Shown here piece after piece: positions 11,407 to 21,956 of a DNA stretch of 64,000 nt. The stretch comes from Synechococcus sp. (GTDB taxonomy: Bacteria > Cyanobacteriota > Cyanobacteriia > PCC-6307 > Cyanobiaceae). The stretch is taken from the NCBI GenBank assembly GCA_047285805.1, contig JBJBCN010000002.1:128001-192000 (forward strand), written 5' to 3'. Each line of letters starts with the position of its first letter. The stretch's first letter is position 1. Both the position numbers and the translations under genes were made by a program. The notes below the pieces were generated by a model. The model ran no database searches, was not told where the DNA came from, and worked only from the letters and a program-made list of their open reading frames with translations.

Positions 11407-12876
11407 ATGGTGATTGTGAGATCGCCAGCTTTGATGGTCTGGATTGGCGCCCTCCTGGCTGGGCTGCTCGCCGGCGCGGCCCTACCTCCTTTGGGCTCGC
11501 CTCCCCTGCTGTGGCTCGCGCTGGTACCGCTCTGGGCCTTAGGGCCAGGGCCGGCGGCCCTTTGGGCTGGGGCGGTGGTCTTGCTCAGCCATCGCTGGTT
11601 GCTCTGGTTGCACCCCCTCGATTGGATCGGGGTGCCGCTTCCCTTGAGCCTGCCGCTCTGTCTCGTGCTCTGGTTGGCACTGGGGCTGCTGGGTGCGGCA
11701 TTGGTCTCCCTCTGGCGCGGGCTTGTCGGGCGCCTGGGGGCCAGCCGTTGGTCCGTGGCGCTATTGGCCTCTGCGCTCTGGGGCCTGGGCGAGGTCTGGA
11801 TGGCGAAGGGGCCGTTGTTTTGGCTGGGGTTGGGTTCAGCGGCCCTGCCCGGTGATCGCGCCCTGGCGGGACTGGCTCAGTGGGTCGGTGCTGGCGGGCT
11901 GGCGGCCCTGCAATTGTTGCTTGCTTGGGGGCTGTGGCGCCTGCTGGTCGCTTGGTGGGAGGGGCGACGGGGCCTCTGGCGCGGCGGCCTGGCTTGGATG
12001 TTGGTGGTGGCATTGCTGCATGGCCTGGGCTGGCAGCAGCTGCAGCGCAGCGCCCTGCCTGATCCGGCGGCTCCGTGGCTACCGGTGCTGGTGCTTCAGC
12101 CCGATATCCCCACCCGGGAGAAGTTCAGTTGGACCCAGCAGCGGGCCTTGGAGCGGCGATTGCGACAGGCCCTGGCGGAGGCGGAGGTCCAGGGCGCGGA
12201 CCTGTTGGTGCTGCCTGAGGGGGCTTTGGCTCCGGGGCAGGGGCTTCCTTCCCCAGGGGATGTGGAGGTGCTCAGCGGTGGCTTCCGCCAGGAGGAGCTT
12301 GAGCTGCGCAGCAGTGTTCTGCGCTTTTCTCCAGGGGCGCTGGAGGCGGAGGGGGCGATTGACAAACACCGGCTGGTGCCCCTGGGGGAATGGGTCCCCG
12401 GTGGGTCCCTCTTGCGTTGGGCGGGATTGTCCGCGGTCGGCGGTGTGGAGCCGGGGCCGGCCTCGCGGTTGCTGCGGCGCCCGTCGGGTGATCTGGCCGT
12501 CGCCATTTGCTACGAGATCGCTGATGGGGCGGGCCTGATCGCTGCGTCTCAGGCCGGGGCTGGCTGGATCCTGGCCAGCGCCAACCTGGACCCTTATCCG
12601 CGGCTGTTGCAGCAACAGTTCCAGGCCCTCTCCCAGCTGCGGGCAATCGAGGCCAGTCGCTGGTTGGTGAGTGCGGCCAATAGTGGGCCGAGCCTGGTGG
12701 TGCGGCCCGATGGGGCGTTGGGGTCGTCCCTGCCCCCGATGCAGCACGGGACGCTGCTTGTGCGCCTGCAACTCCGGTCGGGCGGGACCTTGTATGGCCA
12801 CCTCGCGGAATGGCCGCTGCTGCTGGCCGCCGCCGGAGGCTTCGCCGCAAGCCGGTCTCGCGTGAGACAGCCTTGA
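11407..12876 (+). CDS. lnt: Apolipoprotein N-acyltransferase
   Basis: Multi-TM N-terminus plus nitrilase triad motifs LPEGA, KHRLVPLGEW, ICYE; RAIE. Confidence 0.92.
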   Translation: MVIVRSPALMVWIGALLAGLLAGAALPPLGSPPLLWLALVPLWALGPGPAALWAGAVVLLSHRWLLWLHPLDWIGVPLPLSLPLCLVLWLALGLLGAALVSLWRGLVGRLGASRWSVALLASALWGLGEVWMAKGPLFWLGLGSAALPGDRALAGLAQWVGAGGLAALQLLLAWGLWRLLVAWWEGRRGLWRGGLAWMLVVALLHGLGWQQLQRSALPDPAAPWLPVLVLQPDIPTREKFSWTQQRALERRLRQALAEAEVQGADLLVLPEGALAPGQGLPSPGDVEVLSGGFRQEELELRSSVLRFSPGALEAEGAIDKHRLVPLGEWVPGGSLLRWAGLSAVGGVEPGPASRLLRRPSGDLAVAICYEIADGAGLIAASQAGAGWILASANLDPYPRLLQQQFQALSQLRAIEASRWLVSAANSGPSLVVRPDGALGSSLPPMQHGTLLVRLQLRSGGTLYGHLAEWPLLLAAAGGFAASRSRVRQP

Positions 12877-12888
12877 GACTTGCTTAAG

Positions 12889-13423
12889 ATGCCTTTGTTT
12901 TCCATCCGCTCTAGTTTTCTGGGTCTGGGCTTGGTGGCCGCCGCTGCGCTGCTTCCTGCGCCTGGACGGGGAGTGGATCGGGGGGGATGTGGTCCTGGAG
13001 GCCGCCAAGGGCTTGGGGGTTGTGGTGATTCAGCAGGCCCAGTGCGGCGGACCGCGGCAGCTCGCTACCTACAACATGGGCGCCAATGTCCTCTGTCTCT
13101 CGACTGAGCTCGAGCGTGACCCGCTTCTGCGGGTCACGCTGATCCAGCATGAGTTGGTGCATGTGGTGCAGGACTGCCTGGATGGCTTGGCGACGCCCAC
13201 ATCCCTGACCTTGGCGGAGGGTCTGCGCTCCAGCGGTCAGCTCAGCGGTGAGCAGGTGAATAGATTCTTCCTGCAGCACCTGCGCAAGCAGGGCAACTTG
13301 AATCACGTTGTGGCTTCAACGGTGCAGTTGCCCCTGGAGAGCCGTCAGCGTGAATTTGAGGCCTATGCCCTGCAGGCGGATCCGGCCATGGTGGCTTACC
13401 TGCTGAAGGTCACCTGTAAGTAA
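12889..13423 (+). pseudogene. Secreted HExxH (zincin-like) hypothetical protein split by a frameshift in a G7 tract
   Basis: Signal peptide MPLFSIRSSFLGLGLVAAAALLPAPG in one frame; HELVHVVQDC and REFEAY in the next; G7 run at 12980-12986. Confidence 0.65.
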
Positions 13424-13520
13424 GAAAGGCTTCGCCAAGCGAAGGGCTTCTCTCGGGTGGTTGTGCTGCTCTCTCTGTAGGTATTCAGCCGCAGGTTGTT
13501 CTACCTAAATCGCCAAAAGT

Positions 13521-13760
13521 GTGGCATTTATACCTGGAAGAAAAAGGGGCTCCAGGGCTAGGAACAATGGAGTTACCGCTTTTGCTGTGACCGCTTATCC
13601 CTGTTGCGCTGCTTGTAAGAACTTCATCATCGCTGGCGGCATGGGGGCCTGCCGCTGCTGGCGGATGACGATGAGTTTGAAGGATGCTGAGGCGCAGGTC
13701 CGTTGTCCCTATTGGCTGCGTTCTGAAGCGGTGGAGGATCCCTACGAGACCTTCAATTGA
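13521..13760 (+). CDS. Small Cys-rich hypothetical protein
   Basis: 79 aa with CCAACKNF, CRCW and RCPYW. Confidence 0.5.
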   Translation: MAFIPGRKRGSRARNNGVTAFAVTAYPCCAACKNFIIAGGMGACRCWRMTMSLKDAEAQVRCPYWLRSEAVEDPYETFN

Positions 13761-14036
13761 GTTCTGCGTCACAGGTGGAGGTCGCCTGCTTGCTCTTGAT
13801 TGGGCACCTTAAGGCTCAGGATAGATGCGCACTTGTCGCAAGCACGATGCCTGACCTCGTGTCTCTGATGGCGATTCTTCTCTATTTGACTGCCAAGGGG
13901 TGAATGCCTTCTGGCTGGGCGATGCCGCATCGGCGCGCCGTCTTGGGAAGGGCTGAAACCTGCAGAGATTCCGCTCGAAAAGACGCGCAACTACCCGATC
14001 TGCGTCCACTGTGACCAGGGGTGAGAGTGGTGGCTT

Positions 14037-14533
14037 TTGCTGGTCTCTGGCGCTAGTCGTTGGCTGGCCCAAGCAGCACATTTGCTGGGGTTTGCTCTCA
14101 TGGCCTCTCCCGCGAGTGCGGAGCGCCTCAGGTCCAGTGCACTGCTTCAGGGGCTGCTGCGCCGGACGGGAACCGGGACCTTGGTGGCGCAGGATTGCCT
14201 CATCAATGGATGGATGCGTTTGTCCTCGCCCGCAATGCTGTGGTCCTATGTGGGAACAAACTAAAGGGTGATCCGCAGCGGGTTTGGGGAACCTTGGCTC
14301 ACGATTCTGCCCACGTGATGCAGCACTGCCGGCGTCAGTCGATCTTTGAGAGGAATCGCTTGGGCTTGGATTTTTTGCTCGCCCATCAATGCTCACTGAA
14401 GCTGTTCAAGGCGGTTGGCTCATACCACCCCAGTCAGCACCGCTCTGAGATCGAGGCGCGCATCGTCCAGGGGGTGCCCGCCGAGTAGGTGATGAATCTC
14501 TTCCGCCGCTCCTGCGTGGATCGCCTGCTCTAA
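14037..14533 (+). pseudogene. Second HExxH-type paralogue, degraded
   Basis: Frameshift near 14198 (DC|PHQWMDAF), motif altered to HDSAHVMQHC, EIEAR, in-frame TAG at 14486-14488. Confidence 0.6.
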
Positions 14534-16209
14534 GACGAGCAGCTGTAGTGGGAGAGCCCGCCGGTGTTGAAGAACTCGCGGGGCTTGAGTTGGTTGTAGG
14601 TGGCGGCGAGCTTGGCGGGCGGGAGGAGGTAGGGATCGCGGAAGACCGCCTGCAGTTCTTGGATTAAGCTCAGGTCGCAGTCGGCAGCCCGTTCGTAGGC
14701 CGGTGCCACGAGCCATTCGCGCCAGGTGATCTGCGGATTGGCTCGCCGCATCGTCGCTTTGGCATCGGAGCTTGTTTGCATGTGCCAGCGCTCTAGCCAA
14801 TCCGCCCAGCGTTGCTCAAGCTCGGCGTCGATGGGCAGGTAGAAGGCGGCCTTGAGGGCCCCGACCTGCTCGGGGAGGTCCGAGAGCACGCGGAAGCCCG
14901 CGGTGTAATCAGCCCTGGAGCTGGCCAGCAATTGCAGCAGGTCCTTGAGCAGGCCGTCGTCGTACCGGGGTAGTCCGAGCTTGCGGCACCACATCGCCTC
15001 CAGAGCCGTACCCATCGCCTGGCTGAAGCCCTCGCGCAGGGCATCGAGTTGGGCCAGGGCCTCCGCATCTCCCTCGAGCAGTGGCCGAAGGGCGGACCAG
15101 AACATCTGGTAGTTGGCTTCCGCCGCCCCTGGTTGGTTGAAGAAGCAGAAGTGCTCGCCGCCGCCGGTCCAAGGCTGGAAGCGTGGATCGAAGAGTTCGC
15201 AGAAACCGAAGGGGCCGTAGTCGAGGGTGTAGCCGCCTGCGGCGCAGTTGTCGCTGTTGAAGTTCCCCTGGCAGTAGCCGACGCGGATCCAGTCCGCCAC
15301 CAGCGTCGTTAGGCGCTCTCTGAACAGCCGGGCCAGCTCGAGGACTTGCTGCGGGAAGGGCAGAGCTGCGTTGATCTCCGTGCGGTAATTCCGCTCGATC
15401 AGGTGAGCGGTGATCTGCTGCAGTTCCCGCAGGGCCCTGGGGTGGGCGTTGCTTCGCGCCCGGCGGGCAAACAGTTCTAGTTGGCCCACCCGAAGGAAAG
15501 ACGGCGCGACCCGGGTCGTTATCGCCGCTGGGTTGTTGACCATGACGTCCGGCTCAAAGGAGCAGGACTGATGCGAGTACCAGGGCCGCCGCACGCCTTC
15601 AGAGCGGGACATGTAAAGGCTGAGGGAGCGGGTGGTGGGCACCCCCAGGGCGTGCATGAACTCCTGGGCGAGGAACTCGCGCACGCTCGAGCGCAGTACA
15701 GCCCGCCCGTCGGCGCCTCGGCAGTAGGGGGTCGGGCCGCCCCCCTTGAGTTGCATCTCCCAGCGCTGGCCTTCAAAGACACCTTCGAAGATCGAGATCG
15801 CCCGGCCGTCGCCGTAGCCATTGCCGGTGCCGAAGGGACACTGCTGGATGTATTCGGTCCCGTAGATCGATAGGGCGTAGCCCGTCGCCCAGCCATAGGG
15901 GCGCATGGCGCCACGGGCCACGCGGCTGTCGCCGGAGAAGAGTCGGCGGAAGTCCTCGTCTCGGGCTAGCGCGTCGCTGAGGCCGAGTTCGGCAAAGAGG
16001 TCGGCGCTGTGGGCGACGTATTCCGGCTGTGGCAGTGGCGTCGGGGTGACGGGGACGTAGTGCCCGGAATAGACCTGACGTGGCCGGTGGTCATCACCAT
16101 CGCTGCTGGCCTCGGGATCCGCTTGGAGGGAATCCAGCAGGGAGTAGTCGACTTGACCGGCGAAGGCCTCAAAGCTCTCGATGGCCCGGGCGTTCTCGCT
16201 GCTGCTCAT
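14530..16209 (-). CDS. selO: Protein adenylyltransferase SelO (YdiU family)
   Basis: [48 protein letters not shown]-terminal CSS. Confidence 0.93.
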   Translation of the reverse strand: MSSSENARAIESFEAFAGQVDYSLLDSLQADPEASSDGDDHRPRQVYSGHYVPVTPTPLPQPEYVAHSADLFAELGLSDALARDEDFRRLFSGDSRVARGAMRPYGWATGYALSIYGTEYIQQCPFGTGNGYGDGRAISIFEGVFEGQRWEMQLKGGGPTPYCRGADGRAVLRSSVREFLAQEFMHALGVPTTRSLSLYMSRSEGVRRPWYSHQSCSFEPDVMVNNPAAITTRVAPSFLRVGQLELFARRARSNAHPRALRELQQITAHLIERNYRTEINAALPFPQQVLELARLFRERLTTLVADWIRVGYCQGNFNSDNCAAGGYTLDYGPFGFCELFDPRFQPWTGGGEHFCFFNQPGAAEANYQMFWSALRPLLEGDAEALAQLDALREGFSQAMGTALEAMWCRKLGLPRYDDGLLKDLLQLLASSRADYTAGFRVLSDLPEQVGALKAAFYLPIDAELEQRWADWLERWHMQTSSDAKATMRRANPQITWREWLVAPAYERAADCDLSLIQELQAVFRDPYLLPPAKLAATYNQLKPREFFNTGGLSHYSCSS

Positions 16210-16224
16210 GGGGAGGGGTGGGCA

Positions 16225-16253
16225 CAAAAAAGCCCAGGACAAACCTGGGCTTT
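16225..16253 (-). terminator. Intrinsic terminator downstream of the displaced tRNA 3' end (probably the original tRNA terminator)
   Basis: aaaaaaagcccagg-acaaa-cctgggcttt. Confidence 0.75.
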
Positions 16254-16256
16254 CGG

Positions 16257-16302
16257 TAAGTGGAGCCGAGGAGACTCGAACTCCTGACTCCATGCATGCC
16301 AT
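16257..16302 (-). repeat. att site: duplicated 3' half of tRNA-Ala
   Basis: 46-bp match to 37511-37556 with 3 mismatches. Confidence 0.93.
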
Positions 16303-17305
16303 TTAGGCGTTTCAGGAGGCAAAAATCCGTCCCTAGACTAGATTCTGACCAAATTATCACGAATTATTTGCGCAGAAGTGTGCGCAGATCTGTCCTGCCC
16401 TGATAACCGCTCTAGCGGCTGGTCTTGCACTGCTGAGGAAACCAGAGCCATAAACGCTTAGTAAGGGGCATGTGCCAGCGCCGTGATCCGAGGATGGGGG
16501 TGAATTCAGCACCCCCTCACCCAACACTCCCAGCTACTGAGCAGTGTGTCGGGGAGCTGTTGGGAGCTACTCCTCTTCTTCTTCCCAGCGTGAGCGTCGG
16601 TGAGCAGCGCACAGCTCACACCTGCACGGCAATACAAAGTCACCACCTATCCAGCAGCTGTAAGGGGGTTTGCGGCCACAAAAGGGCTAAATCCTCGTCG
16701 CTCGGACGGGTATTGAAACTCGTTTCCATTCCCAAATCGTGCACATAGATCGGCGATGGCGCCGTTAACCGCTATGGGCAGTGATATCAGAGGTATGTGC
16801 ACTGTCTGCTTGTGATTCGTGATGTCTTGCTTCAACATCACCGGCCGTCGCGAATGCGGCCACTCACAAAATACAAGATTCTCAGTATGAACTACGCGGC
16901 ATGATTGTCATCCCGTAAGCCGCCCTTAATCCGCTGATCCATACCCTCTTTCGCCAAACCTTGGTAGTCAATGACCAGCTCACTGCAGCAGCTTGGGAGG
17001 GCAAAGAGGTCTGGACAATCGCGCAACGAGAGTTGACGCTGCTCGATATCCGCGACGCTTACTTCAGAGCCTGGCGATGGCATTCGGACATAGGTCGCAG
17101 TGCTAAAGCGATGATCTCAAATCTCGATTTCCCAGCAAGCAACGTCTTCGTTTGCGAGTCAAGAAATGACCGGAGCACAACGCTTTCTCCCAGGCCCAGC
17201 AGGAGAATCCGGCAGAACTACGAATTCAAAAACAGATCGGTATTTCCCCTCTCTCACCATGAAGACGAGGCATCGTTATCTCAGGAAAACAAGTCCGTCT
17301 GCACC

Positions 17306-17521
17306 ATGGCTGTCTTGATCCAAAGCCGCGCCAGCACCGAAGAGTCTTGGCAAGACGAGGGCAGCAAGCGCAATCATTTCAAGGCCTACCTGACGGCACT
17401 GGCGAAATCACGTGTCACAGGCCGTGTCTATCGACTGGTCACGAGCGACGGAGACGTTCTCGAGCAGATCGGCGGAACAGCCTGCGGCGACAAAGTTCAT
17501 CGCAATGCTCAGGCGAACTAG
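17306..17521 (+). CDS. Small hypothetical protein
   Basis: MAVLIQSRASTEESWQDEG...YRLVTSDGDVLEQI; ATG within the longer ORF 16961-17521. Confidence 0.5.
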   Translation: MAVLIQSRASTEESWQDEGSKRNHFKAYLTALAKSRVTGRVYRLVTSDGDVLEQIGGTACGDKVHRNAQAN

Positions 17522-17669
17522 TTCGTAGAAGCCTTGGAGCTGCCAACTGCAAGCGCCGCCGCTTAAGAGCGCCAAGGCACCGAACGCAAAAAAACATTGA
17601 TTTGTATCGGTTGTCTCGTGCGGGTCTCTTGCCGGGACAGTAGGACTGGGGTTGGTTGCAAGAGTCTTG

Positions 17670-17900
17670 ATGGATCTCCGATTCGTCCCATCTGAACCAG
17701 CTCCAGGAAAAGGAACACTTCAACCACTGGGGCACAACGAATACCGCGTATGCGGTCCTGCTGGATGCACTGTCGTGAAGGGCTATGCCAACGCCCTGTA
17801 CTTGAGCCGAAACGTTCCGGAAGCCAACGCCAAAGGCGATGGAGGCGGACAATTCCCTCCCTATTGGGGAAGTCGTGACGGATTCCCTTTGCATTCCTAA
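17670..17900 (+). CDS. Small hypothetical protein
   Basis: MDLRFVPSEP...LQPLGHNEYRVCGPAGCTVVKG; plausible composition. Confidence 0.45.
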   Translation: MDLRFVPSEPAPGKGTLQPLGHNEYRVCGPAGCTVVKGYANALYLSRNVPEANAKGDGGGQFPPYWGSRDGFPLHS

Positions 17901-18457
17901 GCAGGGAATAGCCATAGCGTCTAAGCACACGGTTGAGGCGTGCCGCCCTTCTTAATCTGCGGTTTCCTTGGGGGAGTGTTCTTGACCTAACCCCCAGCGA
18001 CTGTTGTCCTGCTCGTGTGGCTGCTAAACCCTGAATAGACCTGATTAGATCAAGGGACAGGACCGCAAACCCCCGGGAGTCGAACACCAGGGCTTTTTCT
18101 TGCTCAAACCTGACTGTGAATCTCCCCCCTTTTGTGGTTGCACCAATGAGGAGAATCGGTTGGGTCGGGATGGTGCCAACACGGTCACCAGGGCACTCTC
18201 TATCGACCTCAGAGCCCACATAGGAGCGCTAGACCAGGTTGCTTAAGCTGGAAACCAGAGAAACTGGTCGTCATTCTTATCTTGGGACTGCGCGAGGGAG
18301 CCAAAGAATATCTTTAGATGAAGATGGCGATAAGTTTGATGTCCAACTTGTCTGGAAGTGAAAAGTTTTCAGTCGACTCCTGTTTTTTCATTAAGCTCTT
18401 TGCTGTTTGCCGATTAATCAGCAGATAGTCGTTCCACGTCGTAAGCGTAATGGTTGT

Positions 18458-18955
18458 ATGAGTAATCGCGATGCAGGATATGGGCATCCATTTCTTAGCC
18501 CTGAGAATCCATCGGCAAAAGATTCTGTCTTGGCGGTTCCTGATGAAAAGGAATCAAGTCTTACGCTGAAAGAGGCCGAAGGAGGTGAGCTTGTCACTGC
18601 ACCATCTTTGGAATCTGAGGAAAAAAATGAAAGTGACTTAGGCAAAACTCTGGATCAATTTCTGCACGGCATTAGGCTCCTGGAGAAGCTTAACCTTTCC
18701 GAGTTCAGACAGATTTATCCTGTATTTCTGACATTGATGTGGTCCGTGCTCATTGGAAGCGCTCTTGCAGTAGGAATCAGCTGCCTTAACTCTGTAAACA
18801 GCATTCCAATCGTGGGAAGTATATTAGAAAACATTTTTGAACTAACTGGCGGTGCTGTGATCGTTCGCTTTGTGGTGTCGAAGCTGCTCTTGCATCGCAC
18901 AAGAGCGGATCTCTTTGCGAGGATTGCAATGGTCAAGAAAGACTTGCTTAACTGA
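18458..18955 (+). CDS. CAAD/CURT1-domain membrane protein
   Basis: Acidic N-terminus, two TM helices, NSIPIVGSILENIFELTG, LLHRTRADL typical of CAAD. Confidence 0.75.
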   Translation: MSNRDAGYGHPFLSPENPSAKDSVLAVPDEKESSLTLKEAEGGELVTAPSLESEEKNESDLGKTLDQFLHGIRLLEKLNLSEFRQIYPVFLTLMWSVLIGSALAVGISCLNSVNSIPIVGSILENIFELTGGAVIVRFVVSKLLLHRTRADLFARIAMVKKDLLN

Positions 18956-19486
18956 GGTGCTTCATGTGAGATTCTTTCAAGTTGCTTGAAAAAAATTGTC
19001 GCTACAGCTTTTATGTAACTAATACCTCAGTATTTACTTGTATCTATTGTCAAATGACGTTGAGAGCAAGCATGAAGTCTCTCTATACGTGCTGTGGCTC
19101 ATGCTCATAATGAGCACGGTTTCCTGAGGTTTCTGAAGTCAGCCCTTTGAATCCGGTTGGTCCAAAACGGCTAAGGTCTGCTTCTTGAGGGCTCTGTCTT
19201 GTCGGTGTCTCAGTCATGGAACGTGAGGGGGCCGGATCTGCATGCTGTGGGAATAGATACGAACGGGAACGAGGGCCCCCAGATTCATAACCTCTAAGGA
19301 GCTGGTTGAGTTGTCTCCCCCCCCCTGATCCGAGAAGGGGGAGTGCCAAGCTCCCCCACCCCAACGCTCCCCGCCGCGAGCTGCGGCCAGTAGAGCTGTC
19401 TGGCTAGAGGCAATTGCGAATCCATGCATTTGATGCGCATGGATTCGCTATATTTCTGTCAATATACGTAAGTTGGGAACTTCTTC

Positions 19487-19759
19487 ATGACCTTTTTGAT
19501 GCACTGGTCTTTCAAGACTGGCTATCACGAAATTGCCGCCAAGAAGTTCATGGCGACAGGTGCTCCTTTCCCGGCGTGCAAGTCCTGGAAACGCTTTCAC
19601 GCACCTGGCTCGGTAGAGGGTTGGATTCTTGTTGAGGCGGACGATGTCTCTGCTTGCTACGAGCATGCAGCTGAGTGGGCTGAGTGCCTGGATTGGGAGG
19701 TGACTCCAGTTCTGTCTGACGAAGAAGCTGGTCCGCTGATCGCCAAGGTCTACGCGTAG
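19487..19759 (+). CDS. DUF3303-like protein
   Basis: FLMHWSF, RFHAPGSVEGWILVEADD, WEVTPVLSDEEA. Confidence 0.8.
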   Translation: MTFLMHWSFKTGYHEIAAKKFMATGAPFPACKSWKRFHAPGSVEGWILVEADDVSACYEHAAEWAECLDWEVTPVLSDEEAGPLIAKVYA

Positions 19760-19861
19760 TCCTTACCGGGGCGCTGCCTGACGCAGTCGCCCCGGTCTCA
19801 ACACCCCACGCCATTTAGCAGTGGTCAGAGGGTCTGTTGACTGAGTTCGTATGAGCTGCCA

Positions 19862-20089
19862 TTAATCCAGAGGTTTAGACGTGAACTCCTCGATCAATGC
19901 GTCCATGGCTTCGTGCGCCCAGTCGCCAAACAACACCATCATGTCGCTTCTTTCTGAAGTTGGATGGACTGTTGCGCACTTAAATAGCTCTTCAGACGCT
20001 GAAGATCGTTCATCCCACGAATCTTGATGGTGGGACTTAGCGCTTGGATCGTCCAATCGGATGCGCCACCCTTGCGTCATAGGCAGCAC
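19862..20089 (-). CDS. Small hypothetical protein
   Basis: 75-aa ORF with plausible composition. Confidence 0.4.
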   Translation of the reverse strand: MLPMTQGWRIRLDDPSAKSHHQDSWDERSSASEELFKCATVHPTSERSDMMVLFGDWAHEAMDALIEEFTSKPLD

Positions 20090-20642
20090 CGACTACGTAC
20101 CTCCTCTGTAGACGGCTGCCGCAAGCGCCGATGCCAGAAACGTGACAGCGGAAACCTCTCGAGCTTCGACACTCCATCCCAATAGATTTGTTCAAGAGAG
20201 CTTCAACTTAAAAAGCAAAAGTGTGCAGGAACTTCTTAGCAAAAAAAGATCAACGAAATCGCACCGACAATGGCCAAGACCTTTCGAAGCCGCTTAAGAG
20301 CGATTTTGCAGCTCATGCGACAAAACATCCTGAATCAGCAGGGTGATCGCTACACCCATCAAAGCCAGAGAGATTCCCATCTTTGTGTCTGACGCCTTTG
20401 CTACTTCCTGCGAAAGATTTAGGTGCTTCCCCCATTCGAAATGCATCAAAGCGTTCCAGCTACTGACAAATTAGGCCATAAGAATCTGTTGTTGCGTCCA
20501 TAAGTGCAGAAGGCTTAAGGCTGTGTACCACAGCTTGTGTCTGCGGATCTTGATGCAGCCGCCCAGAAGGCAGCAGTTCATACCATTTGCAAAACAGATG
20601 GCATCGAGTCACGATAAGTTACAGGAGTGACAAGGGGATTCA

Positions 20643-20831
20643 GTGAAACAGCTATCGCTTTCAACGACTCAGCACTTTGAGATAGAGCGTTTTAGTCGCC
20701 AAATTGACAAAACTGAAGATATCGATAGCTTGCAAAAACTTGCCAAGAGTTTGCTCAGAGCCTGGATTCAGCAAAAAGCAGCAACCAACTGGGCCATATC
20801 AGAGTCAGCCAAAAACATAGGTAGTGAGTAA
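20643..20831 (+). CDS. NblA-like small helical protein (phycobilisome degradation adaptor family)
   Basis: LSTTQHFEIERFSRQID...LQKLAKSLLRAWIQQKAA fits the NblA LS/T-x-x-Q-x-F helix-loop-helix pattern; GGGGA RBS-like sequence. Confidence 0.65.
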   Translation: MKQLSLSTTQHFEIERFSRQIDKTEDIDSLQKLAKSLLRAWIQQKAATNWAISESAKNIGSE

Positions 20832-20884
20832 ATTCGCAAATTTTAAACTCAATCAGTCTTTCTTTCCATTTATAGCTCTCTGAG

Positions 20885-21736
20885 ATGAAGAAAAGCATTG
20901 CCATTATTGGATGCGGCTATGTTGGCGGAGATTCTGCAATTGCTCTTAGGTACTCCGGATACAGGGTTACTGGTACATCCCGATCAACCCAGGGACTGAT
21001 CGGAATTCGCGAGATTGTCGATGAGGCTTTATTGCTGGACATTTCCGATGAATACTTTCCTTCGTCTTTTCTGGAGCATCAGAATGCAGTCCTTGTCTCA
21101 GCAGCTCCAACTCGGCAAGGCGAAGGATATGAATCTCTATTCGAAAAGGGGATAAACAATCTTGCAAACGCGTTGCGTAGGCGTAGGAGCAGTCATCCCC
21201 TGCAACTTATATACATTAGTTCAGTGGGAGTCTATGGTGACTGCGGAGGTGAGATGGTGAATGAGACTTCAGACGTCGATTCTAGTCATTGGGTGAATAA
21301 ATTGATGGCAGCTTCAGAAAAGTCGCTTCTGACTTTAGATAGAAAAGATACAGTCACCTGCATTCTGCGGCTGGGCGGAATATACGGCCCAGGACGTGAC
21401 ATGATCTCATTGATTAAGTCAGCGGCTGGCAGTCAGATACCCAAGAAGGGAGATGATATTCAGTCATGGACTAGCATAATTGATGCGACAAGAGCGATCA
21501 AGTTTTCGCTCGACAACGACTTGCAGGGTATATACAATGTTGTTGATGATACGCGGCTTACTCGCCGTCAGCTGTCAAGCAAGATTTGCGAGGCAGAAGG
21601 GCTCCCGCCTGTTATCTGGGCAAACACGAACCTTCCGGGTATGAGAGTATCAAATGCCCTCGTCTCAAACCAAAAAATAAAAGACGCAGGCTTTAAGTTC
21701 TCTTCGCCAAAGATGTTTGTTGAAGTTGCCGCTTGA
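20885..21736 (+). CDS. NAD-dependent epimerase/dehydratase (atypical SDR)
   Basis: IIGCGYVG, YISSVGVYG, LRLGGIYGPGR, YNVVDD, VSNQKIK. Confidence 0.88.
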   Translation: MKKSIAIIGCGYVGGDSAIALRYSGYRVTGTSRSTQGLIGIREIVDEALLLDISDEYFPSSFLEHQNAVLVSAAPTRQGEGYESLFEKGINNLANALRRRRSSHPLQLIYISSVGVYGDCGGEMVNETSDVDSSHWVNKLMAASEKSLLTLDRKDTVTCILRLGGIYGPGRDMISLIKSAAGSQIPKKGDDIQSWTSIIDATRAIKFSLDNDLQGIYNVVDDTRLTRRQLSSKICEAEGLPPVIWANTNLPGMRVSNALVSNQKIKDAGFKFSSPKMFVEVAA

Positions 21737-21956
21737 ACTTGATGGCCCCTGTATTTAGCTATGCCAGTCTTTTGCCTCATGTTGCATTGCTGGCAAGGTT
21801 GCGGTGCTCGGAAATAAACTAAGCAACTTACCTATTTCCATTTATAAATGGCGATCTGTGTGAAGGACCGCTTCTTCTGTGAGCAGAGCATCTGCTGAAT
21901 AATCAACTTTCTGTCTCCTCAACAAAGCAAGACAGTAGTGTTTTGCTTCAGGCTGC

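Noticed and set aside
14530..14545. Selenocysteine in SelO
   Set aside because: The C-terminus reads CSS followed by TAG, with no in-frame TGA
16210..16302. N-terminal extension of the SelO ORF to 16302
   Set aside because: It runs through the att/tRNA fragment and terminator; the real start is most likely ATG 16209
16261..16302. Second tRNA-Ala gene
   Set aside because: Only the 3' half is present, with no D-arm or 5' acceptor strand; it is an att remnant
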